A stretch of DNA of 62,047 nt, the filler included, from Choristocarpus tenellus KU-1152 (taxonomy: Eukaryota; Protista; Phaeophyceae): assembly GCA_964200185.2 (NCBI GenBank). It is 10 parts of 10 records of this genome, joined end to end, with 100 filler letters (N's around TTAATTAATTAA, not from the genome) between each part and the next. Parts side by side here need not be neighbours in the genome. Positions count along the whole stretch, not along the records: positions 52,494 to 62,047 come from CAXNAD020003584.1; 9 more parts are not named here. The stretch is one strand, 5' to 3'. The stretch's first letter is position 1. Each line of letters opens with the position of its first letter. The notes under the pieces were generated by a model that saw only the letters and a program-made list of their open reading frames with translations, did not search any database and was not told the origin of the DNA. Below, one piece after another: positions 53,760 through 62,047 of this stretch. A program made the translations under genes and the position numbers.

Positions 53760-55150
53760 AATGTGTCTCAATCCTGATAACCCATCTCCCTAGCACAGTA
53801 GCTTCGCCCTATAGGGTTGTCCCGTCACAACTTTTGATGTATAGACATCGGAATTAAAACATAAAAGCATCTTCGCGATGCCCGTCGCAAGGTCCTCCAG
53901 AGGACTGGCTTCGTTTTTTTTCGCCATTTTTTTTTATGAAAGAGCGCTCACATTGGGGTTCGAACCACGGATTGTAGGTCATCAAGAGTGGCAACAGATG
54001 CACTCTTGAATAAAATTTAGGGTTTAGGGGGGGGGAAAGCTTCCCCCCCCTTTTTCTTCCTCTGCGTTCATGTACCCACTCTCTGACATCCCGCAAGGAT
54101 GTCCTCGTCGAGGCCCAGAACGAAACGCCTCTTGTAGCGCCCTTGCTTCGACACCTTGATGTGGCCCTTAGTTTGGAAATCTCTCTCCCATTTACTCCTA
54201 GTTCCCGACCTGACTATCGCATATCCTGCTACCATCCCGAGCCCTGTTTGACGGTCTTTCCCGTCATACATACGCAGGTACAGGATTCGCAGTGTTAGAG
54301 CCTTTACTATCACAGTTCCTCATTGAGCGCCGGAAATGGGTGTCGTCTGTGTTTCCTGGACGGGTGATATTTTATCAAGGCGCAAGGGCGAGGGAGGACA
54401 GACTTGAGTTGATCGAAAATTGTGTTGATTTCTCGAATGAATGCAGGCGGAGAGAAAGTCTTAAACAACTTTGTACGTCCAACCCTAAGTTCAGGAACAA
54501 AAGTGAATGTACGGCATCTTTCAAGAAGTAGGAGACACCAAACCGTCCGTGTGTACATAGTCTCAATCTAACTTCCTCTTCTTCCCTGGCGTCCTCGTCA
54601 ATGGCTACCTCCACCTGCTTCGCGACCTCTTCTAAGTAAAGGATTTGGTGGTATCGAAAAGTCTCCACAGCTGCCTTTGTTAGGATCACTTTCTCCTCCA
54701 CCTTGCAAGCCCTTTCGGTCTTCTTTCGGGCTTCAGAGCCCTTGTAGACCAACCCCAACACCTTCTTTCGCGTTTCCTTAAGCCACTCTGACTCGCACAG
54801 CTTCCAAATAGTCAGGGCCTGCTGCAACTGTCGACTACGAAGGTATTCTACACCTGGGTTTTTCGCTTAGGCGTTTCCTGAGCGCAATGGCACACAGTCG
54901 CACTGCTCTCTTCCTCAATCTTCCCTTCCGGTGGCCACCCTGGTTCTTCCTTCACCTGCCGTGACCAGGCTTCCTCACATATTTCGTCACTGTACGACCT
55001 GTTGATGGACTCGCCGCTCTCTTCCTGCTTTCCCGAGGTGGCAGAGACTTCAGAGCAGTGCTCCGACGTGGTTGAAGACCCAACCACGTTTGTGTGGAAA
55101 TGCTTTCAATGCATCTTCTCTCAGAGTCAGTGTCGTGACTCCGTCATCCA
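53760..55150 (-). mobile_element. Decayed DNA-transposon (probably Tc1/mariner-superfamily-like) transposase 5' part
   Basis: Overlapping frameshifted intronless ORFs; SKQGRYKRRFVLGLDEDILRDVREWV...GEATVLGRW resembles the N-terminal SxxGxH...DED...R...ISxxTxxRW region of eukaryotic DDE transposases. Catalytic core not seen. Confidence 0.4.
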
Positions 55151-56774
55151 TTTCACGATTTGATTATGCTGCTGCGCCACACTACTCGCATTTTCTCGTT
55201 ACCTAACATCGCACTGAGTGTCAGACGGTACTTGCTTTTCCATCGCCTTACGACAGAGAAGGTGGGGAGGGTAGATGCACGGGGCAGAGTGGCCTCGGCG
55301 GCTCTCCTTGTCTCACCGTTGTGGTTCATGTTGCTGTGTGCGTCACGCATGTGTGTGTGCTCACAGAAAGTCTGCAAAAGAAGTTTAAAAGATGTCTGGA
55401 AATCTTGGGATTTTTTTTCAGTATCGCCTCACCAGCCAGACTTGGGCAACGACATATCCTGGACCATTTTTTTGCAAGGAGTTCAGTCAACCATTTTTGT
55501 TCGTTTTTGAAGTTGTGACCTTCAAAATTGCGCCGGAGATGTTCCTCCGCGTTTTTGCCGTTCTTTGATCGGAACATAGCTCCCATTCCCCGAAGCCTGA
55601 ACATTCGGGGATACAAACCTTCAAAAGCTCTTGTCATACCCTTTCATTTGATACATACATGGTTGTATAACTGTTGTGGCGTTTCGGTGAAAAGAAGCAC
55701 GATTGTCACAGGGCGAAGCTACTGGTACCACCTTACCATATTCCTTTGCAGTCTTTATATCATGTATTGGCGCAAATAATCTAACCTGTCGTTGAAGTGT
55801 AAAGAGATTATTGGATGTATGTCTCGTACAGATCCTCACCAATCTTTTTTGTCTCGTGTGTCTTGGCCCGGATCTTGTGTTACCCACATATCACAATCCT
55901 TTACATAGGTTAACCATCGAGTTTAGACAAACCGTTTGTATGTCACATTTGTCATAGATGGGTATAGTTTATCGTTTTGTAAAGAGGTTAGATAACTGGT
56001 GACAGATATCTCAGCTAATCTGTTCGTGACCAGCTCTGACTCGACATCTCATGTTTACCACGTCTATCGATCCTTGAAAATAGACACACTTATATGTTGG
56101 TTGAACTTTTAGACAAATTAATAATACAATGTTATTTTATCTCTCAACTCTCCTTTTTTACATGAATGGACACTTGCGGTGGTGAAGAGACTGTATCACT
56201 TGGCACATTAGCACCCGTGTGTGCTAGAGGTGGTTATTCATTACATCATGTTTCCTTTTCATGAACTGTATTTATTGATTGATTCATCATGAAATGACTA
56301 ACCCCATCATAATCAACAATTCAAGTCCACCACTATGTGTAAGTGATGAAGACTTCACGTGAGAGTCACATTTCGTTCTTTGTATTTGAGTGGCATGATC
56401 CCCTGGATATTATGTAATTAATGACCGTATGGTCACGTTGTATCGTTTTGAGAGTTGAGTCACCAACATCGTACGTCCTAGTGCCCGTTTTTGAAATATT
56501 GTAGTCGTCGTAAGCAACACTTCCAATCATTTCAGGATGTGAGGAAGGAGAAGTAGGCGTATAACATGGTCTATTGATCTCGCCGTCTGCTGTATTGATT
56601 TTTAATCACATACGCGCACTTGTCTTTCAGACATCGGAGAGTTGATCAAAACCATCGTACGATCACTCGTTTAGGATCGTCAGATTACAATTTTTTGTCA
56701 ACAGTTTTTTGACATTGTATAGCGTCTGCTCCTCGTAGCCCCAGTCTTAAGTATCGTCTGTTTATACAAGATTT

Positions 56775-56990
56775 TCAAGAGACCTATACGCTGTCCCCAT
56801 ATACCTCTCCACTCATATTTAGATTGACCGCGTTGCTGATTCCATACCCTCAAATCTTAACCATGAGGTTTATGCGACGCTGACCACATCCCATCAACCT
56901 CACTCGTACCTGGGCTGACTGATATGCTGATCCCATATACGCACACCTCATAAGCTTGATTGGTATACTGACCACATACCATCAACCTTT
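56775..56990 (+). repeat. Degenerate ~45-bp tandem repeat with GCTGAYCMCATA core; second copy of the family at 52322-52393
   Basis: About five cores (gctgtccccata, gctgattccata, gctgaccacatc, gctgatcccata, actgaccacata); the start gagacctata.gctg is shared with 52324. Confidence 0.65.
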
Positions 56991-57189
56991 GGTTAATGAT
57001 ATCCAGATCAGATATTCATTAATGCCATGTTTATATATTACTCTTTATTTTGTATTAATATAGTCGTGTAATATAATGTTGTAATAGTACACTAACATTC
57101 ACACCTATTTACCATTTTGCTCCCACAAGTCACTTTTTGGTTCACCTCGAGTCGTGTATACATGGCTTCGAGGCCAATCAGAAGGGGGG

Positions 57190-58020
57190 GTGATGTGGAA
57201 AGCAGGGTTGTCTGTTACCATACCGTTACTGCCATATAACATATTTTGCATCATATCGATTGAGGTTCCTTGTCATGAATCCCAGATTTCTGGTGGAGGG
57301 ATCTCTCGTGAGATTTGAGGCATGAAATCTTTTCAAGGGTCAATCCTACAAGTGGTGGATTATCTCTTCAAACGGATTCTTGTTGTTGTCACGTCTTGAC
57401 ATTTTGATTATCCCCCTTTCATGAGATTCTTATCACTCTGGAAATTATCTACAGTTCTCTGCGGTTTTGCACTTGTGTCCAACCTTCAACTTGTCCTCTC
57501 GGTTACGGTTCACTTGGTCCGTCTGGTCCATCTTGCCGAGCGATTATCTTCACCACCCTTGCCTATGTAGACCACGCCACCACAGAATCATACAATTCAC
57601 AGGCAACTGTCTTAAGATGGTGCTTGTTTCTGGTGGGACTCTTGTGTGCCGTGATGATACCCATTCCCGTTGCAAGTTTTGAATTCCTTGTTGCCCACTT
57701 TCAAAGTCTAACTTGCACACACACCCCATTCCATCAACGCATGTAGTTCTTAGTTTTTGGTGCCATTATCATTTTTTTCATAGATTGGCACGGTCCCCCT
57801 CCAGTGTCATTCCTCCTGGTATGACCAGAGCACCAAGTCTGCTAGGTGGTGAGGAGCTGGAGCTTCTTCTCCATCCCCAAGGAGCAGACCACAAAGTGCC
57901 TCCTGTCTGTACCCTTTTCCCTTCTGTTGCTCGAGCACTGTGGCTAACCTTCCACCCTCAACACAACCCCCATGGGTATATCCAGGCACCTCCTCCCCTG
58001 TTTCTTTTTTCCTAGGACTG
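57190..58020 (-). mobile_element. Possible decayed piggyBac-like transposase C-terminal part
   Basis: YTHGGCVEGGRL (YNxxMGGVDxxD-like) followed by terminal CKIC...PCFPHH Cys/His-rich traces. Confidence 0.25.
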
Positions 58021-59208
58021 CTGGAGCACAGTAACTACTAATGACCGACCTTCACCTCCTGTTTACCCCCCCACGCAATCCCCCTACAGGTTACCCACTC
58101 ACACAATTGCATTCTGTAGTACCCTATGCTGCCCAAAGAGAGTCGACAATAGTCCTTTATGGTTGTTGCAGGTGAGACACATGGCAGGAGTAATAAATTT
58201 CAGGATTAACCAGTCGACAGCTTAGTCGTGTCAGGTTAATCTGATTTTGTATAATTATCGAGATGATGTATAACTCCCAAACGGGAAAACTTTGAATGAT
58301 GATTCTGTCCATTCCAAAAGAAAAGTGTCAACTAATTTTCGCTTCGCTCTATGTTAAATATTGTAATCGAACAATGCGAGGAACACCCAATCAACACAAC
58401 TTTACACCTTCTCTCCTAAACTACTTGTTCTTTCGACACCTACCTGTTGAGCCATCCTGAGTACCTGCGACATGCTCCCACTCAAGGCCACGTGAGTGTA
58501 TTGCCATTGCTAGAGTGTTGACACACATGCCGCGAGAAGCGGTCTTCATCTTCACCGTGAGGGGTTCGAGGAGCTAAACGACCAAGCGACACTTCGACTT
58601 CTCAGTCCTGCCTTCCTCACATCCCGAGCGTCGAACTGGCTGAACTGGACTGAGTGGTAACAAATGACTAGAGTTGTTGCGTTCCCATCTGGTTGTATGG
58701 CTACGCTGACTTCCTTGACAAGTTTTTTGGTGCTGGATTTCGAACAAATTCGTGTTTTGTCCTCGTCCAGGGTACCCTTGAAATATCCTCGTATAGGCTC
58801 TCCGTCCGTCATAAGGATGAAGTGTCCTATAGTGTACAATGATTCGAGAGATTACCATAGCGAACTCTTCCAATTCCTCATGGCAGGATGGCCTAACATC
58901 ATATGTTTCCCCCAACAATCGAATCAGCACTGCGTTCCTGTTGTACTATTCCGTAAATAGGTTTCGCTTGTTGATCGGAGGAATCAAAGGAAGGTCTTTG
59001 TTCCTTCGTACACCCTAATTTAGATAGTGAGAAGTCGTAATGAGGGAAGTCATCCAGCTCAATTCTGGGTAATGCAAGCCCCGAGTAACCCTTGGTGGTC
59101 GAACCTTGGCATCCAGCTGCCACCTTCTCTTTGACTTCGCTCAATTGTCTGGACCCAGGATCGAGAAAGAAGGATACGCAATTCCCTCGCCATGTTCCAC
59201 ACTGAAAG

Positions 59209-59404
59209 AGGTGAGAGCGGTGGAGGAGAGGGCAAAAAAAGTAATATCGAGGACCTCGAAGAAGCAGGCAGCTTAAGCGAAGATCATGTACAGAGTGCCA
59301 AAATTGAACCTCAAGGTCGGACACAGTTATCCAAGAGAAGGCGAGATGAGTTCACCGATGACTTTGGAGAAGGAAACCCCGAGGGGGGAAATGCACATAT
59401 CTAT
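59209..59404 (+). CDS. Possible exon of an unidentified gene
   Basis: Purine-rich open frame (GESGGGEGKKSNIEDLEEAGSLSED...HIY) ending at a gtgag donor; neighbouring exons could not be joined convincingly. Confidence 0.3.
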
Positions 59405-60767
59405 GGTGAGCTCAGTCACGACCTGTTATAAGTTGACACTAACATTGTGCTACTTTCAACAATGAACGAAAGTAAGGTTATTACTTCGAAAAGTTCTACT
59501 GATGAATATCTCACCAGTTTATTAGGGGGAAATTGTTTTGGGAATAACGCACAGAGCTCCATAGGCTTGCCTGGCAGTTTGCCGTACATCATCCTAATAT
59601 TATCAGACACCCGCTATGACATGTTTCTAGCTATACTGCCCCCTCCAGGGACGAGATGAGGGCTGGTGATACCATTTTCGTTTCGGCTAAAGAATACTCA
59701 CAAACCTCCGACATTTCAATTTTGGTGAAATCAATCAAATTCAATACTCTAAAATTTTCCAAGAATGTCCATTTCTGTTTCTCAGTAGCTCTAATTTCCA
59801 CCTCCCCCTCCAATGTCATAGCAGGAAAAGAGCCTAGTGCTGGTCTCATGAACAGCAAATGGAATCATGGACAGGTGATTGATTACTTATGTTGCTTCAC
59901 AATTAAAACAATACAAAAGTAATGATTGCCACTAACTATGGTTTCTACTAGTAGTGTGTGGTACTGCCACATACGCAATATTGTGAAGAGAGCATTCCCT
60001 TGTCTGTATTTGATCTTTCGATATCAATACCGACTTTCTTCCTCCCAAAAAAATCATCAATACCTTCGTTTTCAGCAAGGAGGTGGTGATCGTGCTGCTC
60101 GACCTACCTTGGAGTAAAACAGTAAATGGGAAAGACATACTGAACTTCACGTATCTTCATGAAATCTGCTTCAAAATGTACAGTTTTATCAAAAGTGATT
60201 TTGTATCTTTAACTGGGGGCAATTGTAGGTTAACACTTTGGAACCATGCATCTATACAACTTTCGAAGTGATAGCAAGGGCTATGAATATAGTACGAAAA
60301 GTGAGAAATACAACTTCAGAGTGGTCTCTCTCTGCTACTCTGAGCAATAGGATGCACTCACCCTGAAAATGTCTCAATTCCCATTTAACCTTGGCAAACT
60401 CCTAGAAACATACGATCTGTCATCATCATCAATGTAGACGCCTCCTACCCCTTAAGATACGTAAGCTCAATGACTTCACTTATACAGTCCATTGCGACCC
60501 ATACACAAAGCCAAGCTCTGCTATGCTCAAAGTGCACCCACTACATCACTCAACAAGCCGCGTAACTACCCTGCAAACGATTTCCTAGATTGCACTATAA
60601 TATTGGACCAGTTCCCATTTGTTTCCTCAGGAACTAACCCTCCCGTATCTTGCCATCGCTAGGTCAACTCTCCCCAAGGAGGCCAATCTGCTACCAGTGA
60701 AGTCATTTTGAAGGGTATTGGGCCTGGTCACACCCTGAATCCAAACACTGACAACTATTTCAGTGGG

Positions 60768-61400
60768 ATGTCACCACTTCTTCCTCGGGATAGTAATAGC
60801 AATGGTAGGTGCCCATCACTCACAGACACAATGATAGTGCAGGGGTCACTAGTAAAGATGAACACAAGGGGCATTCAAAGTGCGGTAGCTGGAGTGAATG
60901 GGGTGGACGGCCAAGATAGGGTTGAGGGCGAGCCAAGACTTGCTGTTGGAGTAAACCGCATTCACCCTACTGGTACTGACAGCGGCAATGACATCCCTAG
61001 AGAAGACAGAGTGCGTCGCCGACAAGGGTTCGGTTTTGGTCTCAATAATGGAATGGGTGAAGAAAAGGGTCAGAGCCAAGATGTTGAAGGTTTACAGGGT
61101 CATATTCCAAGGCAAACACAGGACCAAAGGAGGAAGGGAACGATTTTCGAAGGCAAGGCTGACGTGTGGTTGAGACTCAGACCTGAGAGAAAAGAGACCA
61201 AGGGTAGACATGGAAAGACAAGCCTAGGTAGTAGAGGCAAGGACAAGCAAATGAATAGTGATGGTGACGGGATGCAAGGGGGGGAAGGAGGGGAGGACAG
61301 CCAGGAACAGCAGCAGCAGAGGGAAGAGGAGGGAGACGAGGATGAGACGCAATGTGTAATGGCCATTTGTCATCATGGAAACAAGCTAGGTGTTGCAGTG
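60768..61400 (+). CDS. MSH5: Probable MutS homolog 5 (MSH5), 5' exon with long low-complexity N-terminus
   Basis: Long open frame ending in an acidic stretch then QCVMAICHHGNKLGVAV at a gtaag donor (61401), resembling the MSH5 N-terminal CVLWxxGxLGIAYYD segment. ATPase exons are not in the window. Confidence 0.5.
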
Positions 61401-62047
61401 GTAAGACACAGACAGAGTTTTCACGAGGCACAGGCATATCATTGCCAGCAAACCCTGAGGCGTGTGTTGCATACAGATTAATAACTAATGGTTGTGGGGG
61501 ACACCCAGGAAGAGGAGGCGGACAGCCAACAAATTAGGCTGGAACTGATTGTTCAATGTTTCAAGAATAATGATATGACAACAGCTAATAATAGAAGGCC
61601 TGGGATATTATGTTGAGGTACCAATCGAACATAATGTGTTTATCCTTCGTTTTATTTATTATTTCGTGACGTGTTTTTTGTGTAGTACGAGCCTCAACAA
61701 CTTCTGTCAAAACGATTCCTGTTATTCAGATAGACGTTAAGCACAGAATGGGTGACCTCTCCTCGTATTGCCAACTTCCCGGCCTTCCTACCCTACCACT
61801 TTCTTGCTCTAACATATCCTATGATTTTTCATGACAACACTTTTTCGTGGTGTTTGTGTGACCCTGATTCTTGATCTTAAGGGAGTTAGAGATATTTCCC
61901 ATCATCGCTCACTCTGAATACACATTAAAAAGTGGTTTAGACAGAAGTTAAAGACATTAGTTTATATCTCTCACAATTCTCCCCTTCAAACGTCATTGCA
62001 CACAATACCTGGGCAACAACTGCGGGGTCAAAGTATCTTGGGGGGGG

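Noticed and set aside
58552-59324. Overlapping minus-strand ORFs
   Set aside because: Could not be joined into a consistent gene, and the coding strand is ambiguous.

Overview
Eukaryotic, intron-rich, repeat-rich nuclear DNA from a photosynthetic stramenopile (ochrophyte; a brown-algal/PX-clade origin is an inference from the bipartite plastid-targeting signal on FabI and from TE styles). The window is ten pieces joined by nine artificial 100-bp spacers (N44-TTAATTAATTAA-N44), so adjacency across spacers is not evidence of linkage. Spliced host genes assembled by hand: mRNA decapping enzyme DCP2 (- strand, about 20.4-24.0 kb), plastid-targeted enoyl-ACP reductase FabI (- strand, 8 exons, complete), a partial glutamate 5-kinase (- strand, about 38.5-39.5 kb, absent from the ORF track), a signal-peptide TPR protein divergent from an unknown gene, and a probable MSH5 5' part. 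The rest is mostly decayed Copia, Gypsy, LINE and DNA-transposon debris, three 3' ends of a CRE-like non-LTR retrotransposon, and an abundant TIR family (GAG...CTC ends, 4-bp TSDs, Sola2-like) whose termini sit at many contig breaks. No CRISPR array, tRNA or rRNA is supported. Best leads: a DCP2 tail that appears to carry Pat1-like, Ataxin-2-like and EDC4-binding short motifs; the Sola-like MITE family; and a fold-back tandem array at a retroelement 3' end.
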